Shown: piece by piece, positions 10,746-23,689 of the stretch
Layout: every line of letters begins with the position of its first letter
How positions within the stretch are numbered: the stretch's first letter is position 1
Assembly: GCF_000143415.4 (NCBI RefSeq)
Contig: NW_003314300.1
Coordinates: 1,409,014 to 1,473,013, forward strand
Reading direction: 5' to 3'
Source of the DNA: Selaginella moellendorffii
Lineage: Eukaryota > Plantae > Lycopodiophyta
Length of the DNA: 64,000 nucleotides
Program-made: the position numbers and the translations under genes
The notes under the pieces: model-generated
Told to the model about the DNA's origin: nothing
Databases searched by the model: none
The model's input: only the letters and a program-made list of their open reading frames with translations

Positions 10746-12273
10746 AAACTATAATATTCAGCAGAACTTCATTGGACAAGTTTATTACTAATGGTAGAAT
10801 TTTATTTCATATATATGTGTGTGTGTACATATACATATATACATAGGCACACTAAAACATTTTCATTAATTTGAGATATCAATATGAGTTCAAACTAAAG
10901 GTTGATTGTCTGTAAGAACTTATTATAAATTATTTATTTTATTTTATTTTAAATTAACAAAATTTAAATAGAAAAAATAATTAGATATAAAAAAGTAAAT
11001 GATTGATATGTTGAGCATGTCTTTGGTGGATTCTTAAGGAGTTCATTTTTAAAAAAAATTGCTATGCATTGCATGTAGCAATGCTTGGTTTGCTTAATGG
11101 TAGTTTTATTATTACTTATTAATCTAATTGATCAAATAAAGTTTATAATTATAAGCATGTTTGTAATTTATAAACACAAGATTAATCTTATTGCATATCA
11201 ACCATTAAATGATAGAATAAAAAAGAATATACTAGAAAGGGTTTAGGAAAGTTTATAAATTATAAACATGTTTATAAATTATAAATACCAGATTAATCTA
11301 AATGAATACCAACCGTTAGATAGTAGAATATCCTAGAATATCCAAGCATATTCTAGGTATATTCACTACCATCCCAGTCCCCCTATAGGTTTGCTTAAGC
11401 AAACCAAAAACCTTAAAACAAATAGGTTTATTCAAAGGGTATAGTCTTTCAAAGTATATATAGTTTATTAGGTATTCAATTTTATTTAGTTTATTTTATT
11501 ATAATTTAGGTGATATTGTGAGTGCATAAAATATGAAAAGGGAATACAAAAAATGAATTAACCTAAAAACTCTAATTTATATATAGAAACAAATGATTCA
11601 AATTGAAACCAATGTGACAACTACTAAAATCCCACTATGCTAATATTAGTATACGGCATCGTAGCCATACATTTAAACTTCACATCATCCCCTCCTCTTG
11701 GAATAATGAAAGGCCATCAAGGTTCTCTTATAAATGGGCTAAGATCTAAAGGAATATCAAGAGGAGGTATCAATAGATTTGTAAATGGTATCAATTGTTA
11801 TTAATCCCTTTGTATGAAGCATTTCAACTGTTGCACATGTATAATTTCTAGAGGATTGGTCTACTAGATGTCATATTAAACTTTATAAATTTGTGGTTTA
11901 ACTTGCTATAACACCCAATATAGTCTTTGTCAAGACCCCTGACAAGATCAAGACTGGAAAATGCAAAAAGACAAAGAGAAAAGCTAGTGGAAACAAAGAA
12001 AAGGCCTTAGACTGGCGTTGATTCAGATTGTGGAGAAATGGAACAAGGCTAACCTATATATACTATAGGTTGATGAAGCTCCACCACTCTTGGATCGAGG
12101 ACGGCCTAAATATAGCTGAGGTCGAGGAGGCGCCACATCATCATCAGGAATGTGGCTCGAGACTCAGGAATCGGGAAGTGTCTCGAGAGTCAGGAATGTG
12201 GTCTGCAGGTCAGGAATCCGGCGAGAGTTAGGAATGTGGCAAGAATTGGGGGATTCCTGACAGCACCCCCTCC

Positions 12274-15200
12274 TCAAGAACGAGTGGAACGAGGATGTGA
12301 ATGAGAACGAAGAGGAGGATGAGATGAGTGGCGAGGGATGGGAGATGGAGAAAAAGAATGAGGACTGGGACGAAAAGGATAGCGGCAATGGAAGTCCTGA
12401 ACAAGGTCAGGAGAATGAATCAGGTTGTCTGCAGGTTCCCAAGTGCGTTCCTCAGGTCCGTAACCCTTCCAGTCCACCAGATAGTAGAGTTTAGACCGTG
12501 AAATCTTGGAATCAAGGATGTCCTGAACCTCATACTCAGACCCATCCTCGAGCTGCACTGGTGGAGGCGGAGGAATGACCCGATTTGGAATAGGACTGGG
12601 AATATAAGGCTCAAGGAGAGAGGAGTGAAAAACGGGGTGAATTTGATATGAGGAGGGAAGTGCAAGGCGATAAATGACAGGATTAATGATGGCAATGATA
12701 GAGAAAGGACCAAGGCGTTTGAAATCGAGTTTTGGACAGGGCCTAGTGGTGGAGATATTTCGCCTGAGGAACCAGACTTTATCCCCGATATTGTAAGGGG
12801 GACAATCCTGACGATGGACATTGGCAAATGTTTTATGAGATTCCTGAGCACGATGGAGGTGGAAGGAGATGGAGTTGTGGATTTCCTGGAGGTTGGAGAT
12901 AAATGCCTCAGAGCGGGGATTTGAACGAGAGGATTCAGATGGAGAAGGAAGTGAGAGATTGAATCGGGGATTTCGGCCAGAGTTCGCAAAGAAGGGGGAA
13001 ACTCGAAGAGAGGAGTGAACAGAGTTGTTATAGGAGAACTCAGCAAGGGGAAGGATATCGAACCAGTTATCCTGATGATAGTTGATGAAGCACCTCAAGA
13101 ATTGTTCCAACGTCTGAATCGTTCACTCGGACTGCACATCAGTTTGAGGATGATATGCCGAAGAGAGGTTGGCCTTCACTCCAAGCAGCTGCAAAAACCG
13201 TTGCCAGAAATGAGAGATGAGCTGAGGCCCCCGATCCGAAACCACATCTGTAGGAATCCCATGAAGTCGGAAAATTTCCCTGAATACCAGTTTTGCCATG
13301 TCCTCGCCCGAAAACTCCTTGGTACATGGCAAGAAGTGCGCCATCTTTGTGAAGCGATCCACCATGACTAAAATGCTGTTGAAGCCTCCAGAACTCGGAA
13401 GATCACTCAAGAAATCCATGGAGATGGATTCCCAAGGACTTGAAGGGACCGGAAGGGAACGAAGCAAACCTGAAGGAAGGTGGCGAGGTACCTTATTCCG
13501 GACACAAGTGTCATAGGAGGTAACAAAAGCTTTGATGTATGTGAGGCCACCAAAAGTCCCGTGCAACTAGCTCATAGGTTTTCGCAATGCCGAAGTGACC
13601 AGCAGTCGGGCTATCGTGGCACGCCATCAGGACCAACCTTCGAGCATCACCTTCAGGAACGTAAAGCTGCTCCCCACGGTACAATAAGCCATCTAAGAAC
13701 TCGAACTCGTCAAATCGCCGGCAGTCGGGAATCACTGGGTGTCCAGCCTGAAGATGGGGGAAAATGTCGCTAGCGAGATCATCGGATTGAAGATCGTTTT
13801 TGATTGCATCCATCAAGGAGGAGTCCTGAGGGGCCAGGGAAATTGCCATAACTTGAAGCCGATCAGGACTGAGGATAACTTGATCCTGTTGATCGAAGGC
13901 AGGATTACCAGGCCTGAGACTGAGATAGGAGTGCCTTGAAAGAGCATCAGGAAGGCCTTGAAACTTTCCAGGTCTGTACTTGATAACAAAGTCAAACCGA
14001 CTCAGGAATTGTGCCCACCTTGCTTGACGACGGCTTAAAACTCGGGAAGTGGCAAAGTACTCGAGATTTTTGTGATCCGTCCAAACTGTTGTTTGATGGC
14101 TCGCCCCCTCCAAGAAACGGCGCCACTCTCCAAAGGAATCCACGATGGCAAGGAGCTCCTTGTCGTGGATTTCGTAACTGATCTCCGCAGGCTGGAATTT
14201 CCGAGAATGGAAAGCAACCGGATGAAGTTCGTGATCCGCTCCGAGTTGAGACAGCACAGCACCAATGGCAAAGTCGGAGGCATCAGCCTCGATGAAGAAA
14301 GGTTGTGAGGAATCAGCATGGATCAAGATAGGAGCAGAACTGAAGGCTGCCTTGAGTGTGTTGAAGGCCTGCTGGGCAGCAGCAGACCAAGAGAAGGGAA
14401 CATCCTTGCGAGTGAGATGTGTGAGAGGAAGGACAATATCAGAGTAGTGATTAATGAATTTGCGGTAGAAGTTGGCGAAGCCAAGGAAAACCTGAATGTC
14501 CGACATTGATTGTGGAGGCTCCCATTCGAGAATAGTCTTGACTTTGGCAGGATCCATCGTGATACCCTCAGGAGTGACAATGTACCCAAGGAACTCCACA
14601 GACTGCTGATCAAAGGAACATTTCTCAAGCTTCGCGTATAGGCCGTGTTCTCGCAGCTTCGCTAGCACCTTGCGAACATGTTCGTCATGCTCCTCCTGAG
14701 TTTTTGAGTAGATGAGGATGTCATCGAGGTAGACGATCACCATCTGATCAAGAAACTCCCGAAAGACGTCGTTCGCCATGTGTTGGAAAACTACTGGAGC
14801 ATTTGTCAAGCCAAATGGCATGACAATGTACTCGAAGTGGCCATAGCGGGTTCGGAACGCAGTCTTCCATTCATCACCAGGCCAGATCCGGATCAGGTTG
14901 TATGCTCCACGGAGGTCGATCTTGGTGAAGAAGCGGGCACCGCCGAGGCGTTCCAACAGGTCCGAGATCAGGGGCAGCGGATAACGGTTCCGAACAGTCA
15001 CCTTGTTCAAACCTCGGTAGTCGATGACTAGCCGCAAGCTCCCATCCTTCTTCTTGACAAAGAAGATAGGCGCTCCAGCCGGGGACTGCGAATGCTGAAT
15101 GTAGTCTGAGGCAAGGTTCTCATCCACGTACTCTTTGAGGGCCTTAAGCTCGGACGGAGATAACCTATAGATAGGCCCCCACGGAGGTGACGCTCCTTTC

Positions 15201-16024
15201 TGTAAATCAATGGGACAATCATAAGGCCGATGAACAGGCAGTACACTAGCTTTTTTCTTGTCAAACACATCCCCAAAATCATGATACTTCTTAGGAAGAC
15301 TGACAGGAGAAACATGCAAAGCAAAAAGAAAAAGAGGTTCTTCATGAAGGAGTTCTTTCATAGTGATTGTGGAGATAGGAGGAGGCGTACGACTAAATGG
15401 AATGATGAGACGAGGATACGGTCCAGTGGAAGATGGAAGAGAGGAAAAAGAAGAGGGTGAAAACTTTATAGAGTCAGGAACAGAACCCCGATTTGAGTTT
15501 AGGGAACTTTTCCTGATTCGGACTCGATGAACAGCAGGGGAAGCCGTGGGAGAGATGAGCTGTAATTCCTTCCAACAGATCTGAGGCTGATGTAGTTGGA
15601 ACCAAGGAAGACCGAGAACCACAGAGGAGGACTTGTTGTTGATGATGTTGAAGGCGATATCGGTGACGGTGGACCTGATGTGTACTCGAACGGGCAACGT
15701 TTCCCTAAGTCCAGAAGATGGAGACACAAAATGCCCGCCGATGCCTTCAACCCTCAAATCCCGTATGGTAGGAGAAAGAGGAACGTGATGTCGGGCAGCA
15801 AAGTCCGTGTCCATGAAGCAGGAAGTTGCACCCGAGTCCAGTAACGCCAGAGCCTTGAGTCCTGATTGTCCGGTGAAAGAAAGGAGACATGGGATGCGAA
15901 AGTTGCGGGAATTGGTGGTGGCTTTGATGAAAGGTGGTGAGGAGCTTGATAAAGAAGAAAAGTGATTTTTATTCGGGGAGTCCAAACAGACAGCTCCTAC
16001 TCTGTTTGGACAAGGTCGTTTCCC
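12274..16024 (-). pseudogene. Pol (protease, RT, RNase H, integrase, chromodomain), disrupted by one frameshift (~13540) and one in-frame TGA (13123)
   Basis: LLDSGAT, YLDDILI, DASDFAIG, GHFG, WESISMDF, GPF and EYEVQDILDS..YLVDWKGYGPEERTWEP motifs across ORFs 13511-16090, 13123-13566 and 12274-13110. Confidence 0.93.
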
Positions 16025-16968
16025 GACTGCAATAGAGGTGGACTTTGAGGCAGAGTGAACTCGAGCAGTCGAGGAGGCTTCTTGGGACATACAGTTGCTT
16101 TGTGATTAGGATCAGCACAATAGAGGCAAAGATTATGAGATATTCGACGTTGCTTCTCAGCAGGACTCAACTTCCCTCTAATGAGTCGGGGAGTACCAGA
16201 AATATCCATCGGAACCGGAGCAGTAGGTTCAGGAGTATGCCCCGAAGACTCAAACTGGGATTCCTGAGTTTGGGACGGAAAAACAGCGGCGCGGCGACTT
16301 TCCTGATGACGTTCAAAGAGACGATTGTCACATCGAACAGCTTTGTTGATGGCATCCGACAGGTCCTTGGGATCCTCCATGGTGAGCAACAAATCCTTGA
16401 CACCGTTGTTGAGGCTGAAACGAAATTGGTCAATTAGGGCCCGCTCATCCCACTGAGTGTCCAAAGCAAGGAGTTGGAACTCTGCAGCATAGATCAAGGC
16501 AGGACGAGACCCCTGAGAGAGACGTCTCATCTTTGTGGTAGCAGCCCGAACCCGATCCGTCTCGCCAAAACATGCTTCGAGCTTCTCTTTGAACAATTGA
16601 AGATCCATCAGCTCTAGAACCACGACCCCTTTCATGCTCTTCTCCAGAAGAGGAGAAAACCATGACAAAGCTGCACCTTCGAGCAACGTCCCAATCGCGC
16701 CGATTTGAGACTCGGGAGTAGGGTACCGCCGATGTTGAAGTGTGAAGATCGACTCCATCTGGTTCAAGAATCCGCGAAGCTCCGAACGCTTGCCTGAAAG
16801 TTTCGCCGGGAAGCTCACCTTCGGTTCAAGAACTTTGCTGGATCCTTGAGCCGAAAGTGAAACAAGCTCCTGCTGCATGCGAAGAAGGGTCGCCTTCAGC
16901 TCGGTATTCTCAGACTGGATTTTTGCAAGGACTTCAGCAAAGAAATCAAGATGGCTTGGAGACTCCAT
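15997..16968 (-). CDS. Retrotransposon Gag with C-terminal CCHC knuckle
   Basis: MESPSHL..GAALSWF..YAAEFQ..LCLYCADPNHKATVCP. Confidence 0.9.
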   Translation of the reverse strand: MESPSHLDFFAEVLAKIQSENTELKATLLRMQQELVSLSAQGSSKVLEPKVSFPAKLSGKRSELRGFLNQMESIFTLQHRRYPTPESQIGAIGTLLEGAALSWFSPLLEKSMKGVVVLELMDLQLFKEKLEACFGETDRVRAATTKMRRLSQGSRPALIYAAEFQLLALDTQWDERALIDQFRFSLNNGVKDLLLTMEDPKDLSDAINKAVRCDNRLFERHQESRRAAVFPSQTQESQFESSGHTPEPTAPVPMDISGTPRLIRGKLSPAEKQRRISHNLCLYCADPNHKATVCPKKPPRLLEFTLPQSPPLLQSGNDLVQTE

Positions 16969-18770
16969 TGGCAAGAAGAAAGAAAAAAGGGGGAAAAAAA
17001 GGCAAAGGTAATCAAACAATCAAAACGAGCTAAATCAAAAAACGAAAAAACACAATCTGAATCAAACTGTCAAGACCCCTAACAAGATCAAGACTGGAAA
17101 ATGCAAAAAGACAAAGAGAAAAGCTAGTGGAAACAAAGAAGAGGCCTTAGACTGGCGTTGATTCAGATTGTGGAGAAATGGAACAAGGCTAACCTATATA
17201 TACTATAGGTTGATGAAGCTCCACCACTCTTGGATCGAGGACGGCCTAAATATAGCTGAGGTCGAGGAGGCACCACATCATCATCAGGAATGTGGCTCGA
17301 GACTCAGGAATCGGGAAGTGTCTCGAGAGTCAGGAATGTGGTCTGCAGGTCAGGAATCCGGCGAGAGTCAGGAATGTGGCAAGAATTGGGGGATTCCTGA
17401 CAGTCTTTTCCAATGAGCAAGAAGCCCCTTAGATAAACTACATATCATAAAATAAGGAAAATCCAAGTCATTTATTTTATACTCCGTAGATGGATGATGA
17501 TAGAAGTTGTAGTGCCATTGTCCTACTTGTACATGGCCTAAGTGTTCAATAGATTTTACTTGGACAAGTGGAAGAATGTTTGTCAAATACTAATCCCATG
17601 ACTTAGCATTAGTAGCTCGTGGCAACTGTGAAAGTAAATCTAACTCCGTTGGTAATATTGGATCATGACCATATAAAAGTTTATATAGTGAAGCACTAAC
17701 AAAATTCTACACCTCTATGACATATACATATCAAAAAGACGATAAATAAACATCTCAATTTGAATGTTGAAAGTTTACGTACTTCACGATCACCATTTTG
17801 AAAGTCCAAATGAGCCGTTTCATTAAACCATTTAACTGTGAATAATAAACACTCGTGAAAGTGTGGTGTATCCCCAACCAAAACATCACCATATTTAAGT
17901 TGATGGCATTTAATTTTATGGGATATTTTCCATGACTAATTGCTAATAATAAATATATTATTATTGTTTTTGACTACTTGACTTATGGATGGAAGTTTGT
18001 GCTTTGCTAGCTTATTTGCAATTTGCTATTAGATACTTCCTCCTTAATCGAGTGGTGTTCTAACATTCTTATCTGAAATAGATTCTTTCAGATAATGGTC
18101 TTGTATTTATGGATGAGGTATTTCATGTTTTGATGTCTCGATTGGGGATACATTACACTTTCACAAGTGTTTATCATCTATGGTTTGGTAGACCACATAT
18201 ATTTTACCATTAATAGTGTGGTTTGGCAAAGTGGTGTATTTTATTTAGGTATAAATATATATCTAGCTATAAATATATATGGTATATCATACAGGGTGAA
18301 AAAAACCTGTTGAACATAAAGGTAGTTAGATGAAGTGAACAATCTAATGACAGAATAACTTGTTTTGTCAAGATTTTCTAGATAGTGTGGTATATTTAAA
18401 TAAAAATAATATCACTTTTTAAATTTACTGTGTAATAAAAGTTACAAAATAGAACACAATTGTTTACCTTACAATTCATAAACACTTTGCAGAATTTGAT
18501 GGTAATTTGTTTTATTTTCATATATTATATATCTACCAAAAATTCCACTAAATTGCAAGAAGAAGAAAAAATACTAACTAAATGTGGCAAGACTTTGGTG
18601 TAATGGTTTTCAATTTATATAGTACTTTAGTCTAACTTAAGAGGAATATTTTATATGAGTGAACAAACTTGGCAGTTTTGATAGCCAACATTTATCTAAA
18701 AGTGGAGTATAATTCTCCACAAATCAAAGACTATTGGTAAGTTTCAAGATGGATAGTTTCATTTGTTTCT

Positions 18771-19898
18771 TTATAATTCAGTCCTTTGGAGAACAAGCAA
18801 TATAACTTCAAAGGGAATGGTCAAGGTCGTGATCTTTGCCACCATTCTCTTAAACATGAGCTCAACCAATTCTTCGTTGCCAATGTGCTGCCCAATTGCA
18901 CGCCCTAACACTGCTTTCCACTTCTTCACTACTGCAGTAGCATTCCAGGATTTGGGATCTGGCTGAGGATATGTGAAATTTGCTGAGTAAATCACTTTGA
19001 AATACTCCTTTACTGGTTCTAGTGCTTCCTGGATTTCTTCCATGCTGCGAACATATATTGGGAGATTGAAGGTGTCCAAACTTTCCTGGCTCAAGAGCTC
19101 CTAAACAAAATTTGACGGTCAAATATTGACCGAGAAAGTCAACTCACCTCTTGTATGAGATCCTTCCATGATGCTTCAAGGGCAAGAGTAAGATCAACTG
19201 TGATCAACTCTTGAGTGAGTCGAATGGGAAACATGGTAACAAGGATGCCTCCACTCACAACTTCTTGAGCTCGGTGCTGGAGAAAGTTTGAGAAATCATC
19301 GCTAGCTTGCCGAGCAAAGGCCTCGAGTGCTGCTGGTGGAGAGAACCGATCGATAACCATGGTATCTTTGTTCCAGGCTGTGGAGTTTCTATCAATGATT
19401 TCATCGGGAATCTAACAAGAGACGAGCGTGATTAGCTTGAGCTTTGAAAGAACGAGGTGTTACCTTGGAGATGTAGTGCAATGCATGGCTTGTCATTGCA
19501 AAGTGGATGGAGGAGCGAGGAAAGAGTCTGTGATAGAATGATCCGGGAACTCCACTGAAGAAGTATGGCTCGCCTTGGAGATGTGGAACTTTAGAAAAGA
19601 GCGTGTTGAAGTCATTGGCAGTGGTATCCGAGAAAATGGCTTGGATTTCCAAAGACGAAGAAGAAGAAAAGGGAAGCTTTTGATCTCTCAGCTGGATGAT
19701 CTCTCGAGCGACAAAGTCTATGGCGTGGATTGTGTTTGAGCAGCCCAAGTCCGCAATTCTGATCACTTTCAAGGATGGATCAAGCAAGAGTGTATTGTTT
19801 GCCATGATTTCCTTGATTGTGGGCTGGACATTCTTGAAGCTCTGAGCCTGAAGGGATGAATTCTGATGGTAACTATCCTCTCCTAAGCCGCCTTGCAT
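18771..19898 (-). CDS. SABATH-family SAM-dependent carboxyl methyltransferase, 3 exons
   Basis: MQGGLGEDSYHQNS, IADLGCS, NDFNTLF, GVPGSFYHRLFP, ALHYISK/IP, DFSNFLQHRAQEV, LDTFNLPIY. Confidence 0.93.
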
Positions 19899-20289
19899 CC
19901 TCTTTAGTCTTGATGCACAACTTGAATTACAACTTCACTACATAGAAAGATTCTTTATAAATGAAACGAACACACTTGTATGCTTGGCAAAGGAAGAGTG
20001 ATCGAAATCATTTAGGAAACATTGAACGTGTGCTCATCAGGATTGAATCGACTTCTTAGTGGGCCACAAAAGTCACAGATTCCTCGTTTCAGAAAAACTC
20101 AATTGGTATCTTTTGGAGTTTTGGTTTTCAAGATATCCATCCAGATTCCAGCCATCTCTATCACACTAGAATTCACACCATTTTCACTTCCTCTGAAGAA
20201 GAGTAACATCACACAGAGTCCTGAGTTTGGGCAACATTCTCTCAAACATGAGCTCCACCAGCAATGTGCTGCTCAACAGAATGCTTGGC

Positions 20290-21020
20290 TACAGCTTTCA
20301 CCTATTTGAAGCCGCGAAGATGCATGGGAAAGTTTCAACTCTCCAAAATAACGTTGACTCGGTCACACAAATTCTTACCATCGTTGACTGATGTGATGGT
20401 GTGGTGGGACTTATAGAAACATCAAAAGATGCCTTTCTCGGTGGTCGACAAAGTTGGAGATATCATCCCTGGTTTGCTGAGCAAAGATCTCGATTGGCGG
20501 GGAGAATCCGATTGACGTTTTGTTCCAGGCTCCAGAGTTCTTATCCATGACTTCATCAGGAATCTAGCAGGAGATCATACGGAAGCGCGGGATAACGAAG
20601 GATAAGTTGACATTCCTCTGATTTATTCATTTCCGAATGAAAAACTATTATATTGTGAAAAGTTCAATCCATATAAAATTTGCAACTTTTTAAAGAAAAT
20701 GACTTGGATTTCCAAAGAAGAAAAAGAAGAACAAGGAAGCTTTTGATCTCGATCTCTTGAGCAACGAAGTCAATAGCAGTTTTGAGCAGCCCCACAGCAA
20801 TTCTGATCACTTTCAAGGATGAAAAGATGCTGACCGGATGCATGGATCAAGCAGCTGTTCACACTGCCAAGATATCGAAAAAATGGGCTGGAGAAACACA
20901 AGATGATCATTTTTCCAATTGACTTCGAATGAGAAATCTTCCAGGAAAGACTGATCCTACAAATACAGTAAAAAGACAAAGCCAAGGCTTATCTACAACT
21001 CACCTAAGAGCCCTCCATTT
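20290..21020 (-). pseudogene. Degenerate SABATH paralog
   Basis: 20515-20570 and 20700-20830 align to 19365-19420 and 19635-19780, with indels and stops. Confidence 0.65.
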
Positions 21021-21101
21021 TTCTTGTGAACGTTTCGATATAAATCTTGGAAGGACAAAGCCAAAACCAAGGTAAGTGAAAGAAAGGTGGTGTGTAAGAA
21101 A

Positions 21102-21386
21102 ATGGCTGGCCTGATCTTCTTCGTCAAGGTGTCGTTTCTTCTCTTGGCGCTGCTGGTCGTGGCGGGAGGGGCTTGCACTGATCCCGATCTTCCAGAGAAA
21201 TCTCTCCCTTGCATCGATGACGGCAAAGCTCTCGATTCTCCAACCAGTCAGTGCTGCGTCGCCGTGAGAAGCCTCAGCCTGGATTGCTTTTGTAGCTTGC
21301 TCGAAGGGACAGTCATGGCCCAGAGAGTGAAGACGTATATCGCTGCTTGCAGCCTGGTCGTTCCACCGGGCTTTGCATGCACTTGA
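21102..21386 (+). CDS. Non-specific lipid transfer protein / 8-cysteine-motif protein
   Basis: Signal peptide followed by the C-C-CC-CXC-C-C pattern. Confidence 0.85.
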   Translation: MAGLIFFVKVSFLLLALLVVAGGACTDPDLPEKSLPCIDDGKALDSPTSQCCVAVRSLSLDCFCSLLEGTVMAQRVKTYIAACSLVVPPGFACT

Positions 21387-21448
21387 TCTAAACAACTATC
21401 TTGTAAGTTTTGGAGAACAAAAATGCTTACGTTTTTTTTTTTTGAGAT

Positions 21449-23619
21449 TTATTTCGTGACTTTCATTCTTTCCGGGAGTTGGATCCCAGCTCTATGGATC
21501 AGCTCCTGGGCAGCCTGAGCCGCAGTCTTGAGAATTGTGGCCTGGAAAAAGTGTGTAGGATTTCTGTAAGTTAATACAAATGAAATACCTCTTCGATTGT
21601 TAGTATCTTTCGGTCACGCATTATCCAGACACCGTCACAGATCACTGACTCAATGTTCTCGCTCCTCATCGAGTAAACAAGGCTCGAAATCCTGAAAAAC
21701 GAGAGAGATAAAAAGAGCCTTTGAGCTTGAGGAAATCTGACGAGTTTCTTACGGATCGTGGAGAGGCACCATCGACCACGTCTGTGGATTGATCACTACA
21801 AAATCAGCCTGTGAACATCGTCAGAGCTAATTCACAAGAAAAAAAAAAAGTTTTAAGTGCAACCTTTTTGTGGACTTCTATAGAGCCGATTTCATTGTCC
21901 CACAGGACGGATTTGGCTCCGTTGATGGTAGCCATTTCTAAAACCGTCTCCGCTGGCAATGCAGTGGGATCAGTTGTTCCTCTGGTGTGAGCCAGCTTTC
22001 CTTTGTTTATCAAGGACGCTAAGTACATCTCGTCCACTGCAAAAATCGCCAATGACATCAGTGCCAATCAAGTCAAGTAGCACAACAACCGATACAAACC
22101 CATGCTCATTCTGTTGTTTGAGGGAGCACCGTCTGTTCCAATGGAGACACAAACACCTTGCTCTAGCATTTCTTGAACGGGACAAAATCCTAGCATGCGC
22201 ATAGCGGAAGCAGGACAATGTGACACTTTAACTCCGGATTTTGCCATCATTTTGACCTGTACAAGAGCACACAGTTTTGTTTCCAGCACTCGAAAATTTC
22301 AAACCTGCACACATACCTCTCCCTCGTTGATCCATACCGAATGTGCAGCCAAGAGATTTTCTCCAAGAACGCCAATCCTGTCCAAATGGGTGACCGTGCC
22401 GTTCTCTACGCCCCTTGTCTTGATAACGTACTCGTTTTCGTAAGGAATCTCTGAAACATGCTGTGCACGGCCATACTTGAATCACCAAAAGGAACAAAAT
22501 GACAGTTTTCTATACCATGTGTATTCCAGTGTTATACTTGTCGGCAGCTTCTTTAGTACGCAGCAGCAATGCATCGGTAGCGTTCATAATCTGTCGTAAA
22601 CCAAACCACACACGTATACGCCCCCCAGCACTACCATTTAAACTCTTGTATAGCTCTTCCTGGGCCTGTGTAAGTCCAGAAGAAAATCATTCCAACGAAA
22701 TAAGCTTGAAAGCTCGAGTTTGCAAACCGTGAGACAGGAGTCAGTTGTCTCGGTTGCCCACGAGCTCGGCAAGCCTTCCCCAGAGTCCATCGTTGAGCGT
22801 GTCAAGCACGCACGAATTCCCAGAAGCTCTACTGCTCGAGCCATGGCCGGTACATGCTGTCCGCCAGCTTCAGCGAAGCAAGTTACCTGACAAAACAACA
22901 CGCAAAGTTCTCTTGTAAGAGATCAAAGCTAAAAGAAGGACGCGAAGCCTGTAAGAGATCGAAGAAGTTTGATAAACAGCAAAGAAGCATATAAACAATC
23001 CAAACCAAAAAAAAGAGAGAACAATGTGAAAGATCACAAAGAAAAAGAAAGAATGCCTAGAAAGTGATTGATCGCATCAAAGAACAAGAAGAACAAGCTC
23101 GTGAATTAAGCCAAAAACATGGGAGGAAGAAACAAGGGGCAAAGCAAACCCAAAGAAAGAAGATTTCACTTACGCCAGATCGAATGAGTTCTATCCCACA
23201 GAGCAAAGTGGAGAGAAAAGAATCGCTGTCCGTCATGCTCGATTCGTATGGCCAGATGCGCTTGTGGAGCCAGGTGAGAAGATCGACATCATCGGCAATT
23301 CCCCGGCCGAGCTGCTGCGATGTGTGTACGTGAGTGTTGATGAGCCCTGGCCGATCCCATCCGGCCGCGAAAATTTTGAGAAACCGAGAGAAAAATGGAG
23401 CTCACCAGGTATGATCAAACGACCAGAGAGATCGACAATGTCGTCCGCACCACTCGCAAAATCGGCCAGAATCGCCTGATCCTCACCAACAGCAATAATC
23501 CTGTCACCGCGCATCGCCAAGCCGCCGCAAGCGTATACATTTCGATCGCCGTCCATGGTGACGACGATCGCGCCATGGAGCACTGTCAAGCGATCGATCT
23601 TCTCAGTGGGAAGCGCCAT
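21449..23619 (-). CDS. Metal-dependent amidohydrolase (MTA/SAH-deaminase / chlorohydrolase-like), multi-exon
   Basis: PGLINTHVHTSQQLGRG, IWPYES, HVSE, HSVW, HCPASAMR, GTDGAPSNN, MATINGAK motifs; ends ..ERMKVTK*. Confidence 0.9.
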
Positions 23620-23689
23620 AGCTTAAGCTAAAGAAGAACCCTATAATGCGCATCTATTTTATTCTCCTTTTGGCCTTTACCTCTACTTT

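Larger units (their letters stand above)
11928..17402 (-). mobile_element. Full-length Ty3/Gypsy chromovirus (Tcn1/Tf1-like) LTR retrotransposon
   Basis: 335-bp LTRs at 11928-12262 and 17068-17402 (TG...CA, 4 mismatches). 5-bp TSD GTCTT at 11923-11927 and 17403-17407. PPT adjacent to 12263. Order gag-PR-RT-RH-IN-chromodomain. Confidence 0.97.
11500..18190 (-). mobile_element. Old degenerate Gypsy relic (integrase end, PPT, LTR) split by the chromovirus insertion
   Basis: 11500-11927 plus 17403-17880 are the reverse complement of 29290-30190. PPT AAGAGGAGGGGA + TG lies at ~11700-11685. An inverted piece occurs at ~18030-18180. Boundaries are approximate. Confidence 0.7.

Noticed and set aside
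12028-17416. Near-identical short ORFs MWRNGTRL.. at 12028 and 17168
   Set aside because: They lie within the two LTRs and have non-ATG starts.
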